Source of the DNA: Haplodiscus bocki
Taxonomy: Eukaryota
Reading direction: 5' to 3'
Assembly (NCBI GenBank): GCA_965655095.1
Contig: OZ296654.1
Span: 69,316,001 to 69,380,000, forward strand
DNA length: 64,000 bases
Notes under the pieces: generated by a model
The model's input: only the letters and a program-made list of their open reading frames with translations
Database searches by the model: none
What the model was told of the DNA's origin: nothing
Position numbers and translations under genes: made by a program
Shown here: positions 37,074 through 50,883 of the stretch, piece by piece
Layout: every line of letters starts with the position of its first letter
Numbering within the stretch: position 1 is the first letter of the stretch

Positions 37074-39769
37074 ATGCATTTCATAATAAGCGCTAATTAA
37101 AGCTACTTTTTGAATCGGGATGAATCTACTTGGGGTGAAATATACCGGGGTCAAATGTCTTGGAGTGAAATGTGCTCAACTTTGCTTATCGTGCAATTGG
37201 CAGATTTCATGTAGATAAAACAGAAGATTGGATGCATGACTTTCTTTGTATGAAATAAGGGTAGAAATTAATGGAAAGATTCTGTACTTTGATAGTCCAG
37301 TCAAGATCATGATTCATGCATGAATCACCATTTTAACTTTGCCCGGAATAGCTGTGCATTTTGATGGAAGTCATTATATTACAACTGCATGAAGAACTCT
37401 AGGTCACATTTTCGCTCAACTGAGATTTCTGATGTCAGTGAGAGGAGTCTTTCATTACTTCGATAGTACTTGTTCCGAAAAATAATTAGGAAGTTTCAGA
37501 GTATCCCGCACTGAAAACCCGGTTTCAAATCTTTACACAGGTTCAGATGTTCAAATGTTTAACCGCTTCTCAGTAATTACATGGCTCTGAAAGTTGACAA
37601 TTGCTATCCCAATCCCAAATTGCAATTACATGGCTGGCAAGAGAAGCAGCACCGTTATTACATTTTTCGTCAAAAACGGCGCAACAATCATTGATGGAAA
37701 GTACTCAATTCAAATTTGTCAAAGAAATTAGGTATAACGCGATTTTGGAGGAAGAAAAACTGCTCGCAACTTTTGCAGTTCTAGACTGACAAACTTAGAT
37801 TGGGAGTAACAGAGCCATGTAATTAATCATCTATTAACCTTCTCGAAGCAGCTATTGACGAAAAAATTTGACGGAAGAAAAACGACTGGAGAAGAAAACA
37901 GTTTGAATATCGCTTTGGAATTCGCGGACCATGGGAATTACGCAAGGAGATGCTGCAGCTAAAATCTTCGAGTTGATTTTGTGTCCTTTTGACAATCAGG
38001 AAGAAATCGAAACACGAATGCTGGGAGATGTTTTCAGCGAAAATTTGAAATTTTGAAACGGAGGTTAACTTTTGTTGAGGAGCTTTATAAGTATCGGAAA
38101 ACCGAAACTTTTCGGGAGTCGAATTTTTTTTTCAAAAATAAAAAAATCAAAATGAATTTTTCCATTCGGTCTTGGCAAGTTTGCCATGAAAAATTTTATC
38201 AACAGTAATTTTAGTCAAGGTTTTAATTCCAAGTCGGTTTCTGGAATTTCAGTTTTGATTCATGTAAAAAGCCATCGAGTCCAAGTATACGCCGAAAAGA
38301 GTAAATTGAAAGTGAAAAAAGAAACAACCAATAAAATAGGCGTTGAGGTGCTTAAAGCAAAGCTGATGGTCATGAGTGACGAACATTGTGCCTCATAGGA
38401 ACTCGGCTGCAAGTATTTCAAATCATTCGCTTTGACTTATCAAAACCAAGACTTATCGAGTGAACTCAAAATACAAAAACAAAACAGTTTGGATTTTTTT
38501 GCTGATATACCTAACTAGAACACTCTCCTGAACACACAAAACAATAATACAAACCCAGCGGGGACCTTATTATCCCCGGACACTAAATAGCGAAACGCAT
38601 TGGCCAACATCGGAGTAGCAAACACTATGAACAATAAAAAACACACAAAAACTGATATTTCAATTTTTTTGCATAAATTTTAGCAATAATGACATCCACG
38701 GGGCAACAAAATGCTGCTAATACAAGGCACAATCTCATCGCGGTGTTTAAACTTTTACGATTCGGCCTTCAATTATTTGAATCATTCCATAGCGATAAAA
38801 AATTCCCGGTGTCGGAAAAAACACGAATTTCAGGAAAAAAAACATTTCTTGATATTTTCAAACAAAACTTCCTAGAAACAACACGCAAACTTCTTTTCAA
38901 TTTTTTTTTGGAATTTTAGAACGCATTAGTATGCACGAATTACTGCAATTTTCTTGAGGAAGGCCTCGTTTTGCAAAGTTGCAGAAAGTTCTGTGTACAA
39001 AAATTTCCATACTATGGCACAAAAAATTTCAAAATTTTCCAACTAAATTCGTGATAACCCTTTCTTGTACCGAAATTTTTCAGAAATCACAATATTGGAA
39101 CATCAAAGAGTCCTCTTCACAACATTTTTCAAAGTCAAACAGAATTCCCGGCCCTCCTTGGACGAATGCTCTTTTCAAAAACTCCAAATCCAAAAAATTT
39201 TTAAGAAGCCGCCCATAAGTCGAAAAACGCCAAAGAAATCCAAATACGGAGGCGAGAATCAACTGAACAAAATACCCTATTGCATGTTTCAATAATGTTG
39301 TGTTGGAATTCTTGTGATACCCCCTTTCTAGATGACGCGGTAGTGATTAGAATTCCAGAAAAATTCAAAAAGTTGAAGCTTTTTATGTTAGAGGTTCCCT
39401 TCCTCTAAAATTTTTGAGACATGCGTGTGCCCTCTAGGACCGATACCGGCTCATTAACTTTAACGAAGTCAGAGGACGGTTGATTCAAAAGGTTTCTCTT
39501 CAGTTGACTTGAGATTAGCCCAGGAGAGCAGAAAGAATAGCTTTTTTTGCAATCGAAACTATTTTAATAAATGAAGAATTCCAACAAGTGTTCCATTATT
39601 GCGGAGTAAAAAGTGTTTTAATAACGCGACAAAACTAAACAAAATGCTTTTTTGTAATTTTCTCTCGTTAAACATTGCGAGATGAAAATCCTTCTCTAAG
39701 TTTGCAAACTTTTTTCTCCTGCTTGTGATCGGAGTGAACATGATCTCGCTTGAAAAAATAAATACTTCA

Positions 39770-40165
39770 ACCCCAAATGTTCCTCTGGATACGTAGAATG
39801 CAATTTTGACAACTCTGCCAGAATTTTTTTGCTCAAGGTCCGAAAATTTTTTGCTGAAAGACCGAAAATGTTTAGAAAATTAACATTTTATTTCAAGAAA
39901 ATGTTCCCCAAAAATGTTCATCTGGACCCGTATAATGCAGTTTTGACAACACTGCCGAAAATTTTTCGATCAAAGTTGGAAAAAATTTAATTTTAAAAAC
40001 TAAAGTTTTTTTTCAATAATTTATTCCGCCAAAAAGTTCCTTTGGTTTCCTAGAAACTTTTTTGCCCAAAACTTGAATCAAATATTGAAATTTTTGATTT
40101 TGTCCAAAAGCATCGCTGAGAATGTTCCAATGGACACGAAGTAATGAGTTTTGAGAATACCAGTT
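39770..40165. repeat. Degenerate tandem units (AAATGTTCCTCTGGA..CGTAGAATGCA.TTTTGACAAC), 3-4 copies
   Basis: Units begin near 39775, 39912, 40033 and 40121. Confidence 0.6.
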
Positions 40166-40499
40166 TTTTTCTGAAGTTGTACTTATTGAACTAAGAGCAG
40201 GCCTCCTGGTACCCTTGGGTGCCTATGTTTTTCCTGCAATATTCAGTTATTTCATTTTACGGCCATTTCCTACCCACCGTTGACGGAAATATCTCAGCGC
40301 TGCCGGACCTCTTCTTTATACTTAGAGCTGGGTGTAAATTATGGATGTTGTTAATTCTTGAAACAAAGGACTGTGGTATGAAGAACTCACATGACAACAC
40401 AAAACAAGAATGCGTGTGGTGTTTTTTGTTTTTGTTCTCGTTGCATGCATCCAGGCTTTCTAGAGCTTCTCTTTCACTCAAAGCTTGAGCGCTTCAAAT

Positions 40500-42900
40500 G
40501 AATGTTGTTTGCCTTCCCCAGTAGAACATCAAGGTGTCCTTAGGTACAAAGGCAAAAATGGTGGGTCATAATGGACTGTAGGTCGGCTATGGCATCTGTT
40601 TGATTCATAGAGTCAATCGGGAGCCACATTATGCTAGGAGGGGAGAACATAAATAAGTTTGGGTATTCACAGCGTCGCTGTGTAGCAGGGTATCCAGAAT
40701 AATCGAAAGGGTTCACCAAGAAAAGCTCAGGTGCCTTGCTGAGAGTCAGGTGCACTAAAACTAGTGCTAGTACTGGCCCTGGGGTAAAAGGTAAAATGCT
40801 GAGCGGTGGAAATCCCTTGGATCAACCGAGTCAATTCCTATAGTTTTCTGGTTAGCGGGGCGATGTGACTTCTTATTTGATCATTTACTTCTTCCTGAGT
40901 AAAAACGTGAGCTTCAGGCTCGTCTCTAACGTTACATCCCGAGGCGTTCATCACTGGGCTACTTTCACCATTGTTGTTTTGTTTCAGTTTGGAAATTGTA
41001 GTGTCGTACTTTTTTTCGTTCCTCAGCTGTCGTAATATGTCGAAACGTTGCATGAAAATTTCAAGACTTGAATTGGATTGGCGAAATTAGATGAATTTTA
41101 GTGCACAAAGTATGAGGGATAGGTTATGCCAGTTTTACAAAGAGTGGATTTACCGGACTCGATATTTATTGGAGAATGCTGCAGGCGATCATTTACATAT
41201 ATTGGTAAGTTGGGTACGTTTCGCGAGTAGTACAAGCCTGGTTTTGCGAGTTCTTTCTGTTTAGCTGATTTGGCCAGATCTGCGTTGGGCTTTTCTGCAT
41301 TTGTGTGGTCACGTGATCAAAAGGAAGGGCAATTCTCACAATCTGCGAGTTGTCATTGTCTCGTTGGTTATCGTGTTTTTTGAATGAATAGTGTGTGAAC
41401 GCAAATCCACTATAGTAGTTACCTTCATGAAACAAGATGTTTATGCAAAATTAGCGCATTAAACTTGCTTAAAGGCAATAAGCCGTGATATATAGAGATT
41501 ACAACACTAACATGGGTAAAATTTTTGAAAAATGTTCGGTGTTTTACTGCTTTTTGGACGGTTATAGCTTTGCTGTGGGTTGATTTCAGTTGACTTTAGT
41601 TTTCATTGGAATTGATCAGTTTCGTCAGTTATTTTCTTCTGATATGCTATTACTCCGTGGCTAGTTAGTGTCAGTTCCCAGAGTTAGATGAATTCCGATA
41701 TAATTCAGAATTAAATTGTCGCAGTTCATTCACATCATTCTAGCTGGTTTTATTCATCAATTAGGTATTTAAATCGATATTTTTATTGTTTCTCGACCAA
41801 TGTTGGTAAAATAAATTTATCATCTGAATTCGGGTTGTAGTTATCAACTCTTGGACGGAATTTGATGAAGTTTCAATTCGCTAGGAAAGTTAGTCGGATT
41901 TTTCATCCTTGTGATGAACCCAGAAAATTGATGTTGCAGTCAATACAGATTTTTATCTGTTGGATGAAAACCGATGAAAGTTTAAATACCAGTTACAGCA
42001 TTTTTAGTACTTTACACCGCGGGGATATAAACCGATGAGATTTGTATTGGCCAATATTCGTTTCTGTCTTTGTTTACACACTTGTGCAAAATCTATTTTC
42101 AATCATAATGGGGTTTATGTTTCTCAGAATAGAGTGATGGTGTGAAAACACCAAACGGATATTTTCCGATGGAAATTTACTCCAGTTCATTTATGGTTCT
42201 GTGTCTGTGTGGCCATTGTAGAGGATACTTGTGGTGTCGCTCAGTTTTACCGTTGGAATTTACCGGTGTCTTTCATCGAAGTCATAATCTACTTGAGCCT
42301 TCATCGTAACTTGTCGTTTTCACGGATGTGTTCCAGCATTTTAGTCTTCGATGGATGACGATAACTCTAAGAGCTCAGCAATGCTTTCTAGATAGCACAT
42401 ATGGTTGTTTACACACTGCATAGTCTCATTTACAGCAGGCAGGTAGAAGCGAATGTAGTAGTATATAGTTGCATTGATTCATTCATGCGATTTGTGGCTA
42501 CCAAACTTGCATTAAGATCGTAATAAGAGAAATGGCTTCATACATAAGTAACATACCGTAAATTTAGGGATATGTAATTGTCTCATTTTGCCCTCATGCG
42601 GGCATGATATCAGGCAGTTGTCTAGAAGATCGTCAATATCTGTCAAACTGCAATGATCGTAAATAATGAGTTCAAAGTCGTGGTTATCAAAATCGGGGAA
42701 TGGGACCAAAAAGCAATAGTTTGGAGAGGCGGAAGGAGAATCATTTTGTCGGGCGGCTGTAAACTGCTTCTGAGTGTCTTGGTGTAACCTGTGATTGTGA
42801 CGAGAGTAGCTGAGAGCTGAGAAATTGTATCATAAGCAAGGGTGTACGGTCTCATAATGCGTGGAGTCAGTGGTTCAATGAGTTCTGAGATGACAACTTT
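40500..42900 (-). mobile_element. Remnant of a dispersed repeat with decayed ORFs, paralogous to 22570-24130
   Basis: QEEVNDQIRSHIAPLTRKL*ELTRLI and CLISCPHEGKMRQLHIPKFTVCYLC match the peptides at 22.6 and 23.7 kb in the same order and strand. Confidence 0.6.
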
Positions 42901-43064
42901 TGAGTTTGTGACATCTGAGTAACAGAGTTTGCGCGGGACTTATTTGCTTGGTTAAATCTACTGCGAAGAGGTTTGATTAATCAAAACTCTTCGCAGCAGA
43001 TTACACAAAGCAAATAAGTCCCGCGCAAACTTTCTTACTCTGATGTCACAAACTCAAAAAAGTT
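42895..43064. repeat. ~170-bp spacerless palindrome centred on TTGATTAATCAA (42978/42979)
   Basis: TGAGTTTGTGACATC...TTTGCGCGGGACTTATTTGCTT...CTGCGAAGAG is mirrored by CTCTTCGCAG...AAGCAAATAAGTCCCGCGCAAA...GATGTCACAAACTCA. Confidence 0.95.
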
Positions 43065-45648
43065 CCTCTAGGTATCCAGCGATTCTTTATTGAGGGCATT
43101 TTGTGGGTCGCTTCGTAGGGAGTTACAGAGGTGTTGAGTTTCAGTTATCAATTCTTCGATTGATGCATTCACAATCCGATCTAACTTCCAATACATCTCA
43201 AAATAGATCCCAGCTCGCATAGTTTTGCTGCGCACCTCTCCAAACGCAGTCTCAATCTTTGTGACATATAAAAAGCCAGCAGTATGGTTTACTTTTTGTC
43301 ATGGGTCAATCCCTTATCGATATCAGTGAGGACTTCGATAACATCGACATCAATCCGAACAGGCACCTCCACAATCATGCAATGATAAAGGCATGGTGGT
43401 CATAATTAATGGCATGATCATTGAAAGAGCAGCATGTTTTCAAATTTTTTAAGATTTGAAAACGTAAAACTTTTTGTCAGTATAATCTATTAATTAACAT
43501 TAGTCTCAATAAAAAATCCAGAGTTACAGCAATTTGTCGTTTTGACTATTTTAATTTTTGGTAAACAGATCCATTTTGGTTACCACCTGCAGGGACGCTC
43601 CTGAATAATTATTTGAACATAATCCTCGTTATAAAAAGGGAACCACCACGTCGATACTATTTAATAATTTGTTTTGGATTTTTAGCGTTCAAATTGTTTA
43701 ATTAATGAGCGTGGTCTTAAGCCTCTCGTTCCATAACCCCAAACTCTACCCCTGTGCTCTACCGTTTTAATAGAAGCAATTTCAAATTGATTAAATTTCA
43801 ACGTGGTGGTAGCAATTACTACTAACACGTGGAAATCTCATTAACTTGGAATTGTTATAGTCAGAGCGGATATAGGGCAGCGGTATAGCATATTAATATG
43901 GAATACATAATGTATTGTTTCAGTCACATTTAGGGCATGTGTCTTCCAAATTTAGTGCATTCAAATGTTGAACCTAGATCCTGACAGGAAACTCAGGAGT
44001 TCAAGATTCCTACCAGGAAATTTAGGAATACAGGATTCCTGGCAGGAAATTCGATACATTCCAGGAAGTCAAACGCTGGAAGCATGCTTTGAAAATTTTC
44101 TTAAAGCCTTTTATACGAGAACGGAGGTAACTTCAGGTGAGGGACTCAGGTAGAGAAGGACCCCTCGAGGGTTGCCAAACATATCTAAGAACTACCTGAG
44201 TTTTCTCGGGAAATAACCGCACGAGAACTCAGATTAAATTCCATGAAACGCTCAGGTAATTTTACCAGAGTTTTTAATAACACTACTTGAACCTCAAGTG
44301 ATTTTTACTTTGGGTTTTCATGTGAATTTGAGCGAGCTCCTCAATTCATCTGAGACCACTATTTTGTGCCTTAAATGGTATTTTTCTCAAACGTAGACCA
44401 TCTGAAAGGCAGAGTCAAAACTTTCTCTGCCAATTGCTGGAAAAGAAGAGGTGAAGACAAGAACATTCTCTCAGGCGCTCTCTGAAGTGAAACAGTTTCT
44501 AGCTAGTTTATTTTCCAAATTAGAGAATGACGCGTTGAAACCTAGTTTAGTTCAGAAAACTCTTAGAAACTCATAACACCTCCTGAATGCTGCTCTTGAC
44601 AATTAAAAATTCAATATTTTGATATGCTTAAGGCATCAATTTTGTTCAATTCAGTTGCCGATACTTATTGAGACGTTAATCACAGTATAATAACGTAATG
44701 AGTTCCCTCCGATACTTATAATTATATAAATTTTAACTTGTTTGCCATTGAAATGATTCCCAATGGAATTTAAAATCCGTTTTAATGGTTGTATTCATAA
44801 AATTCTGCATGGTGATAAGCGATCAAAAATTCGTTTTCAATTTGAAGGATTGTCTATTTACAATCATTTATCCATTTATTTATCAATTTTAAAATTTATT
44901 AGCGAAAACAATGATTAATTTATCACATTTCGCCACAGATGTGGTACAATCATACTGTAGCGCTTCTGGTATGTTTCAAAAAAATTATTCCTCCTTAATA
45001 GTTTCAAATTATTTTTCTGCTGCTCTTCATTACAAATATTTTTGAATTGGAAAAACCAAAACAACACTCCTATTGCGACAGAACAACACTCCTATTGCGA
45101 CGGAACGGTTGTCCAATGGAAACGTAGTTAATCGGTTACTTGCTCATATCTTGAAATTATTCATTGAAAATCATTATCTGTACTGTACATTTCGTTCGCT
45201 TCTTTCTTCAAATAAATATCACTCAATGTAAACGTCTTATTTATACTCACAGTACCTTGAGATTCTCACCCCCTTTAAAAAAATTAGTTTGCTTCAAAAT
45301 AAAATTGTGGAATCAACATTTCAGCTCATTTTCTTTGTCAAAAGAATTATTCTCCAAATTGCAAAAGAAAGTCAAAAATTGGAAATCTACAAGACTTGCA
45401 GGGGAATCTTCGAAAACAGTGAAAATTTAACTCAGGTAAATTTTGTGTGAGCGAACTCTGTTAATCAGCAAATCAGTGTACCTGAGGTAACAGAAAATTT
45501 TGAGTTGCAGTTTGATTTATCTCAGGAGGACTTACGTAAGTTTCTTGAGTTATTGCTGATGATCGTTTTTTATAGCCATTTGTAATTCCGGATCTCGGTT
45601 CATTACCGATCGTTCATGATCATGCCATGCTGAGTGTGTAACACCATG

Positions 45649-45873
45649 CTCTTGCAATCACCATGACTTCCACCCGGGACGATCAGGTAAAGTTCAGAGC
45701 TTTTCCAATCTCGGTCAAGAATGAACCTCTTGCAATCACCATGACCTCCACCCGGGACGACCAGGTAAAGTTCAGAGCTTTTCCAATCTTGGTCAAGGAT
45801 GAACCTCTTGCAATCACCATGACCTCCACCCGGGACGATCAGGTAAAGTTCAGAGCTTTTCCAATCTTGGTCA
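45649..45873. repeat. 78-bp tandem repeat, ~2.9 near-identical copies
   Basis: Units start at 45649, 45727 and 45805. Confidence 0.95.
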
Positions 45874-48800
45874 GATTTAAAATGGCGACGACCTTCAACT
45901 GGAACCCAAATGGCCCCCACCTGGAACCAAAATGGCCAAGGAACCAAAAACACCAAAAAAATACCCCACGAATTTTTTTCGGTACTGTCTTGGAAAATTG
46001 TGATGCCCCTTCTTATGCATATTATTTTCGATACCGGAAACTTTCATAAACTCCAAAATCTTACCTCCCTCACGATTTTTTTTTTGGTATTGTGAGACAA
46101 AAAGTTTTAGACATTTTTTTTGTTATAACCCCCTTATGTTTTACCAAAATTTTTTGCCCGACAGATTTGCAGCACCGACTTTGAGCTGTTCTCAGTTTGT
46201 TAACCATACACAAGACATTTTGCCTTCATGAATTAACAGTATTGATAAGCCACCGTCTGTCAGGTTAACCACTGAATTATTTTACTTGTTATAACTTGAG
46301 TCACGCAGGTGCTTACAAATAGCAAATGAAGCAACAAAACGCGAGGCCACCAGTGACTAAATTTTTGCATAAATTTTTCTTGAAAAAAATTGAATGAAAA
46401 TTTCCTGTAAAAATATCGCGGTAGGCGTCTTATTGTTCCAAAAATTTTGTTTTGACGCACAGCGAAGCTGTAAAAACAATTCAATCCTATTTCAAAGAAA
46501 AGAGACATAATTTGAAAAAATATTTACAGATAGTGAAACTCCGCCTTTTTGTTAAAATTCCCCATGTGCTAGCCTTGCAATCCAACCAAAGGAATAATCG
46601 GCTCAAAAAATCGTCCTCTAACCTTCAACTCACAGTAATGACATGAGGAAATAAGAACTCAGACAAAATCAAATTTGTTCTTTTTAACCTTCTTTGTGAT
46701 ATATTCCTGAAAAAAGTAGAATTTTGAAATATATTCTCACTGGACGCCAATGCCTTTCCACAAGCTCTACCAATACCAACCTGTAATTAAACTAAAAAAG
46801 TCAATATTTTCACAAAAAGTTATTCACCGAATCCGATTTTAGTAAATCCCGTAACAGACAAGTAATCTAAAAAAAATGAGTCACCCAGATTATGTAAGGT
46901 GCTCGGTGCTTTTCAAGTATTTCGTTACATGAGAAGGCTTCATCATTATTATGGCTGATTAAAAAGGTATTTTTAAAAAAAAATAATCAACTAAATTTTG
47001 GAATATTAGGAATAATGCTGAAGTTAAGTCACTTGGAAATGTGAAGTAGACTTTGCAATCTTCTGAAGCGACGATAAAATTGGTCTCCAGACCTCCAGAC
47101 GTGCGTCATAATTGATTGAATCAGCATCCATTTTGAACTTTTTCAGAGAAGTCCTGCATTTTTCCAGTCAAGCATGAAAGGCGGAAAATACTTCCACTGA
47201 CTCAATCAAAATCGAGTCTCACACAAAAAGCTCAAATAAGCTCGAGTAAAACAAAAATTTGATTAGCTGCGAATCAAATTGAAAGGAGTTCACTGCTAAA
47301 CACAATTCAAATTGTTCAGCTTAAAATGAAAAAGGAATCTGTCTTTAAAGGAAAGTTACAATATCAATTCAGAAATTCTCCCAGTTGAGAAAAATAAAAC
47401 ATTTTCTCCCTAACCTACGTATATCTCAGGTGCTGAATAAATTCCCAGAACAAAGCTTCCAATTTTCCTTGATCAAAACTGATCAATATTAATTCCTTAT
47501 TGAGTTCGAGCAATTCTGCAATGAGGTGAAAATAATCAGTTATCGCACAAAAATGTGCACTAGATGCCTCATAAAAAGAGTCATAAAAGGCTGTATGACC
47601 TGGAAAGTCAGAATTGGTAAAGGCGATTCTGCTGTGGGTTTAGTCAATGATGACAGTTTATGCTGAACCTTAAGGATCTTTTCATTTTCTTGGAGGAGCC
47701 CTTTTCTCAGGTAACTAAAAATGTTTCTTTTACCGGGTTGTCCTCCCAGAGATGAAACTTAGCATTCTTAGTAAGACAAAGATGGGCCCAGAGGTAACAG
47801 AGACATCATGATAAGTTCCACCTCTGGGCCATGACAATTTATCTCTGGGCCCAGCTAACTCATCCAAGATCCTAACACCTGAAATTTCGCAAAAAAGTTC
47901 GAAGAAGCGCTTGATAGTTAATACAGTTCACGAAGTTATCAGCACGAAGAACTGGAATTGAGAGAAATTGTTTCCCTTATGGAGATACTGATACAAAATC
48001 ATTTCAAAATTGTCGAAAGCATGAAATTTTTATTTAAACTAAAATTTCTTGATTCTTTTGTCTGGGAATAGTAACAAAAATCGACAATCTTTGTCTGCTT
48101 TTAATTTAATTCGTCCATTTGGATAAGATCATATTTGTTTCAGTTTTGTGAGTCAAGTCGCTTCTTTTCATTTTTCTAAGAACACAAAAACATCAAAATC
48201 GTCAGAAACTGCTGAAGAGTCGAGCTCAAAAAAAGTTTGACGATAAAAATTAAAATTGCATCTGTAGATCGATAGACAACCTATAAAGTTCTTATTACGA
48301 CCTAGATATAACTTACTAAATTCCATCTCACTTTTTGGTTTCTGATATTCATGCACCTGATGCTGGAAGCAACCACCAAAATAAATTGAGCATATTTTTA
48401 CAGATAAAGATGTTTCGATCGGCATTCTGATGGAGGAAGATCGTCCAACACGTATCAGCAAAATTTTTCAAAGTGATTTTCAAAAACCAAAAACGATCAC
48501 AAAATTGAGATTTTCTGGGACTTTTGAGACTATGAGATGCAAGTCGTATCACGGACGATTTTATATTTGAATTACCTTCTGGAGTAGACACTAAATGGTA
48601 TGGTAGTTGATGGAAAGTTTCAACGAGATGAAGTTTAAAGAGCAAAGTTCGAACATCATGAAAAACCATTAATGAACGCTCTTTTCAGTGCATTTTTCGA
48701 GTAAAAGTTCTAATACAAGGAACGAAACTGAAAAATTTATTCCTGGAACATTTAAATTTAAAAAAAGGGTCGATTCAGACTTTGATGACAAAAACCATCC

Positions 48801-50565
48801 GGAAAATTTGGCGAAAACAAAATTGAAAGATCACAGGAAAGTCAATACCTATAAAATACTCTGTATTTTCGGACGACCAAGGTTGCAGTGTAATGAACCA
48901 AACAAATTATTTTCCTGTTGAGTCCCCTGCTGATTGTGGGAAACTGTTGATTGAGGTCTTTGTAGAAAAAAATGTAGACGGTAAGTTTGAAGAAGTTTGA
49001 GATTGAATATCAGAAAATGAAAAAAAGTAGCAATTTCTCACATTTTTGACTTCGCAAAAATCCCATCTAAGAACAAAATTGATGATAAACTATTTATAGC
49101 TTTCCAGAAGTAGGTTGAATCTGTTTGTGCTTTTGATGGATGAAATGTAGACTGTGGTTATCGAGAAAATTTGAATTGAAAATCGATGAGAGCCATTACT
49201 GACGGCAATTTGTGGCCGGCTAGGCCAATCAAAGTTCCGACGCAAGAGAAAAAATCGGAGGTTTCTTATCCAATTTTTTGATATTTGAAAAGCTTTTGTT
49301 TCAGACATTCCTTTCAGAAAAACAAGCCGGACTTTTGGACTTTTTGACTTTTGGAAAAAATAAGTTTGAACATTAAGAACTGTCGAAACCAGTGCACTTA
49401 CTTGACTTTTTTGACCCATCAAGATTCCAATGCAAGGAACAGAAAATCCGATCGAGACCCTGATGGCTGAAATGCACCGAAATGTTTTCGATGAAAGTGA
49501 GTTTGAAAATCTGCGATAATCATTACCAATTGCATTCTGAGGAATTTTCGGTCTATCAGGTTTCAATTGCTGGGAACAAAATCAGTAATATTCATAACCA
49601 ACTTAATCAAGGGTTTTCCTTTTTTTCGAAAAAGAACGAATTGTTTGTCATTCTTGGAGAAATTGAGATTTTTTGAGAATAAAAGCAATGTTTCATCAAC
49701 AATTGTTTTATATCAATGAAAAACTCTGTTTTCGACAGAAAAAATTTGGAAAGTTTTGAAAATTTTCTGAAACTTGGCTTGTAGATTTGGAAGAGGCTAC
49801 CTGCTGCCAACATAACTGCGATAACGTCGCACTGAGGTACTATGCAATGTACTAAGCTGCTGCAAGAATGTCTGCGTGACATTGTCAAATTCTAATAAAG
49901 AAAGAACTGGTTCCTCATTTCAACATTTTCCTTTCAGAATTTATTCCTCGGAATATATTTACCATCTTTTGGTTTACTTTGAAAGATAATTCAATTGCTT
50001 TACACTTTCGATTTTTGTGTCATCGTTATCGCGTGTCTACTGTGATCTGCGCAAGGGACCATTGATGACTTTTACCATAAGGCGGAATGCTCGGAAAGAG
50101 ACTATCAGTCAATGTTGAAACGGAAGAACTTGCTTTGGTTCTATAGCCACTTTGAGTTATTTCTGTGTGAGATTGCCGAGACGCTAACAGCGGGAGAAAA
50201 TGCGACGAGTATTGTAGAGGACAACACAATTAGCTTGAAAAATGTCAACAATCAGTCAGATCAAAACTGAGAAAGAATACAGGTTAAATGTTCCCTGAAA
50301 GAGTGGCACAAATGGGAAGCGAAATCTTTATGCTGTCCAAAAAATATACGAAAAATCGAGAGAGAATGTTGAGAACAATTCGCTTGGATTTTTGGACTAT
50401 GCAGACAAAGAAAGAAAGAAAAATTGGAAACCAAGATCAGAGCCCCCGCTTTATTTGTGTTTAGAAAACTTCCCCGCCTCATCAATTGAGTAAATTTAAC
50501 TGTTGTTAATAATAGTTAAATAACTACTACTAACTCAGCGCCATGATTGATAATGAATTGTATCA

Positions 50566-50883
50566 CCCTAGGCGAGTAAAAATGCATTTCTTGCAAAAAT
50601 TTTGCAAGTTTCGTTCAAAAAATAAGTCTTGCGAGAATCGTGCAAGATAATACAAGCGTTGTAAGATTCTTGCAAGACCATACATTTCTTGCAAGATCCT
50701 TTCGGGCAAAACATTTCTTGCAAAGTCCTGCCAGGCATTACAATTTTTGCAAAAAATCTTTTTTTGGAAGAATTTTGAAAGAAATACATCTTGCAAGGTT
50801 TGTGCAAGAATATGCATTAATAATGCATTTTTTTGCAAGACTTTGCAAAAACTTTCCAAAAATGTATTTTTATTCAACTAGGG
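50566..50883. mobile_element. MITE with CCCTAG termini and internal CTTGCAAG palindromic repeats
   Basis: Imperfect ~40-bp TIR: CCCTAGGCGAGTAAAAATGCATT vs CCCTAGTTGAATAAAAATACATT. Confidence 0.8.

Larger units (their letters stand above)
31203..37175. mobile_element. MITE/foldback-like element with ACATTTCACCC subterminal repeats, interrupted by the Gypsy element and a second MITE
   Basis: Repeats at 31203-31312 are the reverse complement of those at 37117-37175. Weak 9-bp flanking match (TCAGTTTTC vs TCAACTTTG). Confidence 0.55.

Noticed and set aside
45060-45103. 22-bp direct duplication AACAACACTCCTATTGCGAC
   Set aside because: Simple local slippage duplication with no associated structure.
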